This document shows, in pieces, positions 47,701 to 61,204 of a stretch of DNA of 64,000 nt. Location: NCBI GenBank assembly GCA_012295275.1, contig CM022666.1, forward strand, positions 13,826,001 to 13,890,000, written 5' to 3'. The stretch comes from Chrysomallon squamiferum. Its lineage: Eukaryota > Animalia > Mollusca. Made by a program: the position numbers and the translations under genes. Under the pieces are notes generated by a model that ran no database searches, was not told the origin of the DNA, and saw only the letters and a list, made by a program, of their open reading frames with translations. Each line of letters begins with the position of its first letter. The first letter of the stretch is position 1.

Positions 47701-50700
47701 TGTATTTAAGAGTATCAGTTTTGGTTTCAAAATAATATACTAAATATATTTTATTGTCAAATCTTTTAAAAGTGTACTTGTAAAAGTCACACTTGTTATT
47801 TTATCAGCATTAAATTGTACTTGCAATGGTGTTAACTAGTAATTTAAATTCATTTTACAAAACTGTCACCTTTCATTAGCAATTACTTTGTTTGTTGTTT
47901 ATTTTCTTGCTTCTTTCTTTGTTTCTTAGTTTCTTTCTTTCTTTCTTTCTTTCTTTCTGTTTATTTATTTATTTATTTATTTATTTATTTGTTTATTTAT
48001 TTATTTATTTATTTTATTTTATTTTATTTATTTCAGGGAAGCAATGCAGCTGCCAGGAATCTGAACAGCAAAATCACCAAGCTGGATACAGATTCTTTGA
48101 AACAACAAGAAATTATTTACAACCAGGTACATTTTACACTTTATTTAAACTCTTTTACCTCTGTTGTGGGGGATGTATTAAATAATTATAATAATAAAGT
48201 CATTAATAAAATAAACACATTTAGCTTAAGTATTTATGCTCTATAAGTACTGATAACCTTTCATAAATGAACCTGTGTAGACAATTAATCATTATTTGTC
48301 ATTTTTGATATTATTTCTATTTTATTTTATTTTATTATTTTTTTATTTTTCTTATTTGTCATCAATCTTAACTGTTACCTTACTTAAAGTAACTGTTACT
48401 ATCATGATTATTATGATTTTATTAATTTATTTATTTACTTATTGATACATTTGTTTATTTATTTATATATTTATTTACTTATTAATATGTTTATTTATTT
48501 ATTGATATGTTTGTTTGTTTATTTATTTATTTATTTATTTATGTATTTATGTATTTGTTTATTTATTTATTTATTTACTTACTTATTGATATATTTATTT
48601 GTTTGTTTATTTACTTATTCATATGTTTATTTATTTACTTATATATTTATATGTGCTAATTGGTGTATATATTTTTAAAAACCTGCTTTATTTATTTATT
48701 TAATCCTAGGATTTCAACATTCAACAACTGGAGAGAAGAATAAATCGCATGCAGGGAGAGCGAAGCAATGAGGAGAAGATTCACCTCGAAGCCCGAATTG
48801 AGGAGCTCACTCAGGAACTGGAAAACAAGAACATGACCAACACCCTGCTTAATGCACAGCTCAAGAGGTTACAGGTTTGTCTCCTCTTTCATAGCTCTTT
48901 ATTTAAAAATAGGAACGTTCATTTCAAAACTGAATATGTCTGTTTTTCTTTTCTGTTTTTTTTTTCTTTCTATTTCTTGATTTTTATTTACATATAGTGA
49001 TATATTAATTTTAGAAATGATTTATGTCAGTGTATTTCATTTCAGTTCTCTAATAAAAGTATAGCCTTTATTTTTTATATGTTTTGTTAAATTTTTATCA
49101 TCAGTTTATTATTATTATTATTACCATAATCATTAATTCTTTTCTTTTCTGTTTAAGTAGAAAAAAATAAAAATGGATATAAAATTATGCATTTTTACTA
49201 AATATTTTCTTTTTATCATATTTACTTTTTTATGTTATAATAAAGCAAAATACAGTTTATTATTATTATTATTATTATTATTTTATATATATTATAAAGC
49301 AAAATATAATAATTATTGAATTTTTAATTTAAGCAAAATGGTATATATTATTTTTATTATTGTTATTGTTAATGTTAAAATTATTACTGTTGTTATTGTT
49401 ATTATTGTTACGTTATTATTATTATTATCATTATTGTTATTATTAGTATAATGATTATTAGTATTGTTATTACTGTTGTTATGTGTTATTTCAGGATGAC
49501 ATTCGGCGAGTGACTCGTGAACTGGAGATCAGTACGAATGAGAAGAATGATTTGACGAGTAAGATACAGGAACTGAACTTGTTCAACGACAACTCCGAGA
49601 GAAAGCTCCGCAGAATGATCATTTCAAAACAGGTTACTATGACAACCAGTTAGATTCTGGAGTTACTGTTGCTTGGAATTTTCAGATTTTTTTTTTTTTT
49701 TAAATTTAGTTTAATGTGGGAAATTATTTAATTCAAGATATTTTCCCAGTTATTATTGCTCTGTCATCATTTTTATTTCATTCTGTCACTTGCTTTCTGT
49801 TTTCACTAATTTTATTTTATTTTATATTTTTGAATTTTTTTGTTATGCTTTTTTAGAGGATTCTACTGAAAAGCTTCTTTTGGACTGTTTCAGCACATTA
49901 GATCCCAATCTTTATTAATAATAAAGAACAAAAAATAACAAAATGGACTCTTTTTAAGCAGAATAGTTTTCATATTTTTATTTTTATTTTTTTTTAAATA
50001 GATAAAACATATAGCTAAGTGCTGAAAATTTGAAATAAGACTTCTAATATGTTCTTTGTTTTTTTAATTATTAATATTATTTTTATTTTTATTTTTTTTA
50101 TTAAAATAAAATATTTTGTTATTTTTAGGACAGGATGGTGGATGAAAATGTTTTGAAACTGGAGATCAAACGACTTCGTGATCTTCTCAACGATAAATCA
50201 GATCACGTCATGTCCCTGGAAAACAGAAAACTACAGCTAGAAACCGTAAGTATAATTTATCTACATCAATACATAAATATATCAATATTTTAATATCTGG
50301 AAACAGAAAACTTCAACCTGAATCTCTAAACACAATTTATTTTAATAATGTAATCCATGTTATAGTTTTAAATAGCTAGATACTATAAGGTTATCTATAT
50401 TTTTTAATATTTGGAAAAACTGAAACTACAACTTATTTTTATTTACAGAATCATTTGAAACCCAGGATTTGATATATATTTTTATTATAATTTTTTTGTT
50501 TTAAATTCAAAGTATGAAAGAAAATGATATAGTTTTTGAGATTAATTTTATTTTGAGGATCTTTTGACATCCAACAGTTGATATTTATTTATTTATTATT
50601 TTAATTTTTTTATGCTTGGTATCATTAAAAAAACATTTATTCATCGATTCATTGATTTATTTGTTCATTCATTTACTCATTCATTCGTTCATTCATTCAG

Positions 50701-51114
50701 GCGATGAAGGAGAGACAACAGGAAATAGAAATTCACAAGGACATGCTCAGAGCTCAAGTTCGTGTTTCTGAAGAGGAGCGACAGCAAATCAGTGCTGAAC
50801 TTCATGAGCGAATCTCAAAAATTGATAAACTTAGACAGCGGTAAGACTCCAACATTATCATCACAAATATATCTGTTAACATAAAAAAAAAATAATAAAT
50901 AATAAAAAATAATAAATAATAAAAAATAAACTAAAATAAAAAAAAAAATATATAAAATTATTTATAAAAATGACAAAAATAAAATGAAAATAATTGTTGT
51001 TTATAAAACTGTATTACAGTAAAATAACTTTTGGTGTACCCTGTATATATATATATATATATATATATGAAGTACTCAGGGCATTTTTATTTTAGTTTAT
51101 TTTTTATTATTTAT

Positions 51115-51146
<32 letters not shown>

Positions 51147-52560
51147 GTGTACTCAGGGCATTTTTATTTCAGTTTATTTTTTATATTTATTATTATTTTT
51201 TTATATATATATATATACAGGGTACACCAAAAGTTATTTTACTGTAATACAGTTTTATAAACAACAATTATATTTCAGTGAAAACTTCATTGTTTGTCAC
51301 CCAGTAGCCTATTATGTTGTTGTTTTTTCTGCTGGGATGTCATCAAATGTTCATTCATTCATTTTCTAAACAGCTCCAGATGTTGAAATTTCAATTTTTT
51401 TTTTTAAATTCATTTCTTAGGTATGAAATTCTTATGGTTACCATGGCACCAGCAGAAGGCGAAGAAGAGAAAACACAGGCATATTACGTTATCAAGGTAC
51501 ACCATACCTTTGTGTTTTACTGTGTTAACTTGTTTTTTATGTGTTAACTTGTGTTTTACTGTGTTAACTTGTCTTTTAGTGTGTTAACATGACTGTGTTT
51601 TAGTGTGTTAACTTGTGTTTGACTGAACTGTGTTAGATGATGTAGTATTACTGTGTCAGTTGAATTCAGTGTTTTAAATTTAACCAGTATGTTTTTATAT
51701 ACAGAAATATGCTAGAAGCTAAATAGATTCAACTGTTTGTTGATATACAGGGTGGTCCAAAAGTAGGTGGACAGTAAATGATAACATTTATTTTGAGATT
51801 TGATATACAGTTATATTTACTCCAAAAGTAGGTGGACTGTATTAAATTTAAATAATTGTAGTTGTAAAATTTTAAATAATATAGCACAAGTACCATAATT
51901 ATAATGAACACCATTGTAATAATACAACCCTAACCCTAACCCAAACACTTTTGGAACTGATAAATGTATATGGTTAATTTTACTGCAGTAATGGCTGTTG
52001 TTATTAATAGATGTTAATAAAATGATAAAAATAACAGCTATGAGAAATACACAGTCACTATAAAATAATATGACAGCAATATACACCAAACAAGAAAAAC
52101 AACAACAGTAAAACATGGCACAGATTTATGTTAGTGTTGTTATTATTATCAGTACTTTTCTTATTATTATCAGAATTAGTACTTTATTGTAACTACTGTT
52201 GTTCTTGTTGTTAATTTACTATTATTAGTATTACAGTATTTGTATTTATTATAAAAAGCTATTATTATTATTGTTATTATTATTATTATAAGTAGTATTA
52301 TTTGTTGTTACTGGTATTACTGTTCCTGTTGTTATTGTTTTTATTACAATATTACTGTTATTACTACTACATCCATTATTATTGTTATTATTATTATTAT
52401 TATTGTTAATATTATTTTATTACTGTTATTATTATTACTATTACTACTACTACCACCACTACTACTACTATCATTTTTATTATTATTATTATTACTACTA
52501 CTACTACTACTACTGCTACTAATATTATTATTATTACTACTACTACTACTACTACTACTA

Positions 52561-52615
<55 letters not shown>

Positions 52616-53531
52616 CATCAGGCAGCCCAGGAGAAGGAGGAGCTGCAGAGAGAAGGAGATGAACTTGATGCACAGATCAGGAAGGCAGAGAAGGAAATTC
52701 GAGCTTTGGAAAACACGCTCAAGTTGATGAACGGGAGAAACGAGATTTACAGAAAAAGTTTCAACAGAATCACTGAAACCAGTAAGTAGTTTTGTAAAAT
52801 TAATACTTGACTTAAACATATTTAGTTATAGGATCAGTTCACTACTTCATTTTCAAATTGGTGCTATACATCTATCCAAGGTTATAGTGCATTTTTTTTA
52901 ATGTTTATGGGAAGGCATATGTTAATATTCATTTGCTGTTTAATTTATTTGCAGCAATATGTTACTTTGGTGATACTATTTTTACATTAACATTATAATT
53001 AATGCTTTAAATTAATAGTAATTATAATGATAATTATCATCATCTTCATTTTTATTGTTGTCATATTTTTTATAGTAATATATATATAATCATCACAATA
53101 TCATCATCATCATCATAATTATAAAGAAGATGATAAAATGTTTTGAGTTGTTATTAAATAATAAAATAAGTCATAGATCCATATAAAATAGCCAGTGTTA
53201 TTTTATTTAATTTCTTCTCCTGGATTGAGACAACATTGATTCATAATAATATTAAGAGAAACACAGAGAAACTAAACATAAAATCGTGTACAAACTGACT
53301 GTTGATGTTGTCGTAGGTGATGAGATGGAGGAGAAACAGCAGCTGGATGAACAGCTGCGTGCTGTGATGGACAAGTACAAATACAAGAGGAGACAAATCC
53401 GCGAGCTTCAGGAAGATCTTCATCATTGAGTTATCTGAACACACACACACACACAAACACAGTGTGTCCATCATTAATTCCCAGCACACACACACACAAC
53501 ACACACCCTTGATACATTACAGACACACACA

Positions 53532-53579
<48 letters not shown>

Positions 53580-53601
53580 CATACACAGACACACACACAC
53601 C

Positions 53602-53635
<34 letters not shown>

Positions 53636-53639
53636 GACA

Positions 53640-53687
<48 letters not shown>

Positions 53688-53983
53688 GACAGATAGACAG
53701 ACATGTATAAATGCATATAATGTCTGTGCATTATTCATCATATTTCTGTGACCTGTAATAAAGGTATATTGGGGACGGTTCGGGAAGTAGCTATCTTCAG
53801 AATTATTTTAAAAGGGGGGATGAATTTAAAAAAGATAAAAAAATAGATGTTAAGAAATACTGGCCTAAATGTCATAATATTTTCAGTTTATTCAAATTCA
53901 GTGATATTCACAATATACATTTTTGATTATGAATTTCTTAAAAGGACCAATGAGTGTGTGTGTTTAGGAGTATATATTTATTT

Positions 53984-54066
<83 letters not shown>

Positions 54067-56409
54067 TTTTTTTTTTTTTTCAGACAATGACCAATACTCT
54101 GGACACACTGACCAGAGATGAGGATGCCTATGTGGAAATGATTGAAGAAAAACATGTAAGTGTTTGTTTATTTTTATTTTTTTAATAAAATATAACACAG
54201 ATTAATCATTTACCTTGACTTCAATACATCTTACCTGATCAGTCTAACCTCAGAGACAATATTAATGACTTGTCACCATCATTACTTACTTTAAATATCA
54301 GCTATTTTAATTTTCTGGCAGTTGGTGGATTTGTCAGCTTCTGGTGCAGTTTAAACCAAAAAAGAAATTAAACATGTACATGTTTTTAAAAACTACTACC
54401 TTTTGACCTTGTTTAAGTGTTGTTGTCATAGCAACAGTATTTCGTTTCAATAAAATTGTAATAATAATGTAATAATAAAAATAATTTCAATTTAATTTTA
54501 ATAATATTAATTTTAATAATTTTTATGAAATGTTCAACAGTAATAATAATAATAAATAATAGTTTAATTTAAAAACAGTAATTCTTTGATTTTGGATAGA
54601 TATTATTTTCATGTCTTTTTTATGAAATGTATCAAATCTAATCAATGAAATATGTTTTTGTTTACGTTACCTTTAAAGAGCAGTAATCTATTCAGAAAGA
54701 TAAGTGTAGGAAGTCTGTGTTATAATTTATATCAAATATCAAACAATGAATTCAGGTGTTTTTTTAAACTGTATACAGAAACTTTAATTCTAGAAAAGAT
54801 TCCAATAACATTTTAATTTGTTGAAACATCAAACCACATTTTCAACACACATTTTAATTCCTTTCTTCTTTTTCTTTTTTGTCTTCTTCTTCTTCTTCTT
54901 CTTATCATTGACTTTTATTATTATTATTGATTATTGTTATTATTGTGATTGTTATTATTATTATTATTATTATTGTTATTATTATTGTTATTACTTTCAG
55001 AACAAGATTCTTCAGCTGAACAAGGAACTGGAAGAACAGAGAGCTAAACTTGAGAGAGTGGCCAAACAGGTGATTGTTAGAAAGTCTAAAACTGAGTTAT
55101 GAACCTGTGCAGCAGTATGTGTATATCAGTGTATTTAAATTGTGTAGCAAGGGGCTGCTTCCATCCAAGACTTGTAAAGTCTCACCAGTAATCATATATG
55201 TTTAGAAAAACACTCATATAGAAAGGCCATAGGCACAGAGAAATGCACAGTCTTAAGTAAATACTGACACACACAGACAGACACACACACAGACATATAC
55301 ACAGACATACAGAGACATGCACAAAAACAAACATATACACACAGACAAACACAAATACATATGCAGACAAGCATAAACATAGACAGAAACATATATTATA
55401 TTTGTTTTTGTTTACATTTTTATTGATTTACTTTGTTTTGTTTATCTTGGGGGGGTTTTGTGTGGTTTTTTTGTTTGTTTTTTTGTGCGTTTTTTTCTGT
55501 TTCATTTTTATATTGTTGGTTATTAATTTTGACCCATAAAGTTACTGAATTATTTTACTTTCACAGAATGTTAAATATTCACGTGAAATTAGATCTGCTA
55601 AGAAGACAAAAGACAAAACACCTGAAGAGGTAAGATTTTTTTATTAAATACCAGTGTGACAGTAATACTGTTGTTCAAGGCAAAAATATACATGTGACAG
55701 TTTGAGAGAGAGAGTAAAAAAGAAAATGGAGAGAATGAGATAAAGAAGGTAGATAGAAAGAAAAAAAGTAAAATAAAATAAATAGTTACACTGTTAATAT
55801 TTAATTACAATGTTTAAAACTGTTTATAAAAAATCAAAAACAATAAAGATTTAATTACAATGTTTTAATCTGTTAAAAACAAATTAATTGGTTAATAAAA
55901 AGCTAAGACTTAATTAAAAAGTTATATTTTATTAATGAACTGTTAAGACTAATAAAAACTGTTTAATTACAGAAAGACTTTGAGATTCGTGAACTGAGGG
56001 AGTTTAACAAGATGGCGATGAAGAACGTTTCAGTAGCTGCAGCTGAGCACCCAGACCTGAACGAGGCTGCTGTCATGTACTTCCAACAGGTACATAATAA
56101 TAATAATAACAACAACAACAATAATAATAATTGTAATAGTAACAACAACAACAATAGCAGAATAATTTAACATTAATACAAGAATGTTGTGTGTTTTATA
56201 TTTACAGTATTATTTCTTTGTTCCATTTTTAAACTGAAAACCAATATGATGATGACAGTGATGTTATTAATGACAGTTATTACAATGATGATGTTAATTA
56301 TGATGATGTTGATGATGATTTTATAATTGTTTTCATTTTCTGCTACCAACAATGTAAAGTTATTTTTAATCAGTCTTGTATTTCTTACATCCTAGATTCC
56401 TTATATATG

Positions 56410-56480
<71 letters not shown>

Positions 56481-57020
56481 ATATATATATATAAATAAAT
56501 AGATGGATAGATAGATAGATTGATAAATAGATATAGATAGAAAGATATATATTTAGATATGCTTATGTACAATTGTGAAAGTGGATTTACCAGGTTATTC
56601 CATTTCCATATTTTTTTAATTATTCCAAAATACTAAAATTATTTTAGCAAATCTATTTTTATTTTGTCAACTAAACTAGAGTGATGCTGAGTATTACACA
56701 AACAAATTATTACAAAACAAAATACTGTAAGTGAAACCCTGGTAACAGCTGACTGATGTTTTTATTTCTTCAGGCTAACCTGCCTTCGCTGACCACTTCT
56801 GGACTGAGGTCCGGCAGTTCCCACAGCAGCCTGTCCTCAGTGCGGTCAACATCCAGTGTGAAGAGTCTGTCGACCACTCGAACCAGACCAACGTCCATTC
56901 AAATGGGTGGGGCTCAGTTTGACGGTAAGATGACAGACTAGACCCTCATTCTTTTTCTTTTTGTCATAGTTTTGAGAAACGGTGTTTAGACTGAATTGAA
57001 ATAAATATGTTAACCCTGTA

Positions 57021-57073
<53 letters not shown>

Positions 57074-57443
57074 GATAGATAGATAGATAGATAGATACAC
57101 ATATATAGATAGATAGAGAGATAGATAGATAGATAGATAAATGAGAGTGAGAGCAATAGATAATAATGTCTGTCCACACATATGTAAAAGTAATATTTCT
57201 TATTTTCTAACTTATTCTGTTTTTGCTGGTGTGGCTTTTGCTATTATTATTATCATTATTATTATCATTACCATTATCATTATTATTACCATTATTATCA
57301 TTATCATTATCATCATTATTTTCATTATCATTATTTTCATTATCATTATTATCATTATCATTATTATCATTATCATCATCATCATCATCATCATTATCAT
57401 TATCATTATCATTACTATTATTATTATTGTCATTATCATTTTC

Positions 57444-57476
<33 letters not shown>

Positions 57477-57701
57477 GTTCTTGTCATTGTATTTTAGCTG
57501 AGTACGATGGTATGGATAATAATTCTTCAGTGTGTGTTTGGTTAAGGGACACATAACATTAGACAACTAAATATGTGTGTGTGTTTTTTGTTGCTTTTTT
57601 TGTGTGTTTTTTTTTAATAACAATGTTCCTTTGGTTTGTGTGCGCACGTATGTATGTGTTTTGGTGGATGTGTGTTTGGCTGGTGTTAATTAAATTAATG
57701 G

Positions 57702-57745
<44 letters not shown>

Positions 57746-58047
57746 TTTGTTTACTAACAAGTTTGATTCGTGTGGTCTAAATAATAATCATGCTGTTTTT
57801 GCAGTTACATTAACAAGTATTAAATATGGAGTTCCAAGTGAAAGCAAAATTCTTTAATCAGCAACATAAAAGATTTAGTCTGCCTCTAAATCAAATGTTT
57901 ACTGAATTTAGATCTGATAAACAAGGATTTACTGTAATACTACTAATAATACTAATACTAAATTACTGCTACTACTACTACCACTAATAGTAATAATTAA
58001 ATAAATAAATAAATAAATAAAATGAGTAATAATAACATGAAGCATTA

Positions 58048-58126
<79 letters not shown>

Positions 58127-58941
58127 TTTATTTATGTGTGTGATTTTGAAACTAACGTGTTGGTGGTTAATTCCCCATTTTATCTAGATGTTTAGATTTT
58201 AATATATAAAGTAATAATAATACTCTTTGGTTCCTTATTTATTCATTATGAGCGTAAGTATCAAAATTAATTAATGGGAAATAAATAAATAAATTATTGA
58301 AATAAAATATTTATATTAGTATGGAAGCCAGTATTAGGATTTGATCCTAAAGTCCTCAGGCCTAAGATAGAAAGGACATAACAATAACAATAACTGCTTA
58401 GTTTTCTTTCTGTGTTCATTTTACTTATTTTCATTCATTAATTTATTAATATTTATATTCACACATTAACAGATTAATTATTTGCTTACAGCAATTTCAT
58501 ATATATCTTATTAATTTATTTTATTATTTAGTTTTATTTGTTTGTTTCATGTTTGTTCACTTATTTATTTGTTTTTTTTTTTGTATAGTTATTTTTATTT
58601 ATTTATTTATTTTTACTTATTTATTTATTTGTTTGTTTGTTTGTTTATTTATTTTGTTATTTATGTTTTTATTTAATTATGTATTTATTTGTTTATTTAT
58701 TTATTTTTCTTATTTGTTTGTTTGTTTATTTTCTTATTTATTTTCTTATTTATTTATGTATTTATTTATGTATTTAATTGTTTATTTGTTTATTTATGTA
58801 TTTATTTATTTTCTTATTTATTTATGTATATATATTTATTTATTTGTGTTTTTATTTGTTTTCACAGCACCACAGTCACCGCCTGGCAGTGAGCGGAGTA
58901 TGGGATCAAGTCACAGCAGTCACTCAAGTCGCAGAAAGTAG
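40340..58941 (+). CDS. CCDC39: Coiled-coil domain-containing protein 39 (motile-cilia 96-nm ruler), 23 coding exons
   Basis: Exons 40340-40441, 41895-42014, 42624-42770, 43387-43545, 44358-44450, 44963-45091, 45757-45948, 46349-46452, 47265-47502, 48037-48126, 48710-48874, 49495-49632, 50129-50245, 50701-50840, 51421-51496, 52622-52781, 53317-53423 (donor missing), 54084-54155, 55001-55069, 55567-55629, 55973-56089, 56774-56924, 58868-58941 total 2823 nt, ~940 aa. Hallmark peptides: [56 protein letters not shown], and a Ser-rich C-terminus. Confidence 0.95.
40692..40705. promoter_or_regulatory. RFX X-box-like site in CCDC39 intron 1
   Basis: GTTGCTATGGAAAT, 13/14 match to GTYNCYATRGNAAC, ~250 bp into the first intron of a ciliary gene. 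Confidence 0.45.
50990..51271. repeat. Perfect ~69-bp inverted repeat in CCDC39 intron 14
   Basis: ATAATTGTTGTTTATAAAACTGTATTACAGTAAAATAACTTTTGGTGTACCCTG(TA)n at 50990-51058 and its reverse complement at 51203-51271. Confidence 0.9.
51507..51620. repeat. 20-bp minisatellite (TTGTGTTTTACTGTGTTAAC) ~5 units
   Basis: Direct reading, just downstream of the CCDC39 exon-15 donor. Confidence 0.8.
51746..51840 (+). mobile_element. Tc1/mariner-like DNA transposon end remnant
   Basis: TA|CAGGGTGGTCCAAAAGTAGGTGGACAG start, with TCCAAAAGTAGGTGGAC repeated at 51821-51837; resembles the TA|CAGGGTACACCAAAAGT arm at 51216. Confidence 0.4.
53439..53700. repeat. (CA/CAGA)n compound microsatellite
   Basis: Direct reading. 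Confidence 0.85.
57240..57490. repeat. (ATT/ATC)n compound microsatellite
   Basis: Direct reading. Confidence 0.85.
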
Positions 58942-59828
58942 TCAGTTCACACTCGTTTCATCAACCAGCTGTGATACTTTACTGTCAGACAACACTCAGC
59001 ACCACACTCAGAGATCTCAGATTAAACTCACTATTCTGCTGTCACAACAATTAAAACTCTCAAAGATAACAGAAAATGTTAATGTTAAAAGTTTGTGATT
59101 TGATTTCAGACCATTTTGAAATTAATATTATTATTATCTTTCTTTTTTTTTTTTTTTTTTTTTTTTTAATTAGATATTTTGTTCAGGTAATATTGTATTC
59201 TTGTGCAAAAATAAAATAATAAAAAAAAAAAAAAAAAAGAAAGTTAAAATAAAGAAGAAGAAGAAAGGAAATTATTATTACCAATATCTAAAAATATTTT
59301 GATCGATTCTATTATTATTATTATTATTATTATTACTTTAATGTGAAAAATAAGCTAAAATTTTCAACATAGAACAAAGTTCAGATTGCCAAATGGTATA
59401 TAGTATTAATTTAATATCATAAACTTCCTTTTAAAACCAGTATTATTTCAGTAACATTGAATTTTATAATAACAGTATTAAAAGGAAAACAAACAAATTA
59501 AAAAATTTTTGAAAGTTTAATAACAGCCATCTATGATAAAAATTATTGCAAAAGAGTTTTGTAATACACACATTCCCTATAAATAATTTTATATGTATGT
59601 AATATCACAGTATTTATAGACATTTTTTTCTTCACGCTGAAATATGTGTTTGTAACGTGAAGAGGTATTAGTGACTGGTTACATTTAAATGAGTCATATG
59701 GTCACAAATGTGTAATTGTTTATGTGTTACAGTATCATTGTATTTATAGTCCCTTTTAATGAAACAAGTCATTGGAGTTTGTAACAGAAAATTGAGAGTT
59801 GACTTTTCTTGTTATTTATTTATTTTTA

Positions 59829-59886
<58 letters not shown>

Positions 59887-60075
59887 CATTATTATCATTA
59901 TTATACATTCCAGTGTGAAATATCTGTTAATTTATTTATTTCTTAAAAAATTTAAATTATTCTTGAATGCTAATAGAAACAAAAATATAAACATTAATAA
60001 TTCTTCACGAATTTAATTTCTACCATGAACGTAATTTTTATTGTTTTCTATTTAATTATGTTCAGTAAGATTCAC

Positions 60076-60106
<31 letters not shown>

Positions 60107-60662
60107 AAACTATTTTATCCAGTACGTACGTTTGTCCGTCCACAGATGTCTCAGGTTTCAAAATGTTATCACTCCGTCAGAGAATGATTTAACTCCGTCA
60201 GAGAATGATTTTTTATATTTGTTTGTTAAAATAAAATATGTACGTTACACGAGCTCCGTCATGTTTGTAATGCAAAGATTTGTCCGTCCATTATTTATGT
60301 AAATAAAATATTTATAAATCGTCAGAATTGTTTTCTTGTTTTTTCTCTTCTTCTTCTTCTTATTAGTAGTAGTAGTAGTAGTTGTAGTAATAGTAATAGT
60401 AGTGAGGTTGTTATTGTTGTTGTCTTTATTTGTTTATTATTGCTATTGTTGGTGGTGGTGATGGTAGTACCTACTCTTTAAAGCTTATTGATTGTTAGAG
60501 AAATACATTTTCCATAACACGTAATTATGACGTCATTGCCTACTGATATTGGTGCTGATAGTTATAATTGTTTTGTTCTGCCATCACGTGAAAATAATGC
60601 GATACTGTCATAAATGAATACATAAATAAATAAATGACTGAACTCAGATTATGACGTGTAAA

Positions 60663-60706
<44 letters not shown>

Positions 60707-61171
60707 TGTCGGAAGTACGCAGAATATATTTATTCTGTTCCTTCACATCACCAAAGATATTTTAATTTAAAGTACATGAACTTTATTTTTAAAAAAATCG
60801 ATTAATTACCCCATCCCTAAACATAATGACTGCGTATACTGTAAATAAAATGCGTTCGTGCATGAGTTAGTAATATTATTTTGATTGTAGTTGTGGTAAA
60901 TTGTTAAAGTAGTTGTTATTGTAGTCATACTAGTACTACTAATAATGGTAGTAGCAGTAACAGTTACAGCAGAAATAACAATAATAATATTTTTAATAGT
61001 AGATTCTGTAGTAGAGGTTGTAGTAATAATTAAAGTTAAATTAGTTAATAAAAAATAGTACTACTAAAAGTAATAGCAGTAGTCGTAGTAATAGTACTAG
61101 TATTATCTTTAGTAGGAACCGTAATATTTAAAAGTAGTAGTAGTACGTAGAAGTAATAGTTGTAATAGTAC

Positions 61172-61204
<33 letters not shown>

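Noticed and set aside
51926-51942. Telomeric (CCCTAA)n
   Set aside because: Under three units; too short to call an interstitial telomere
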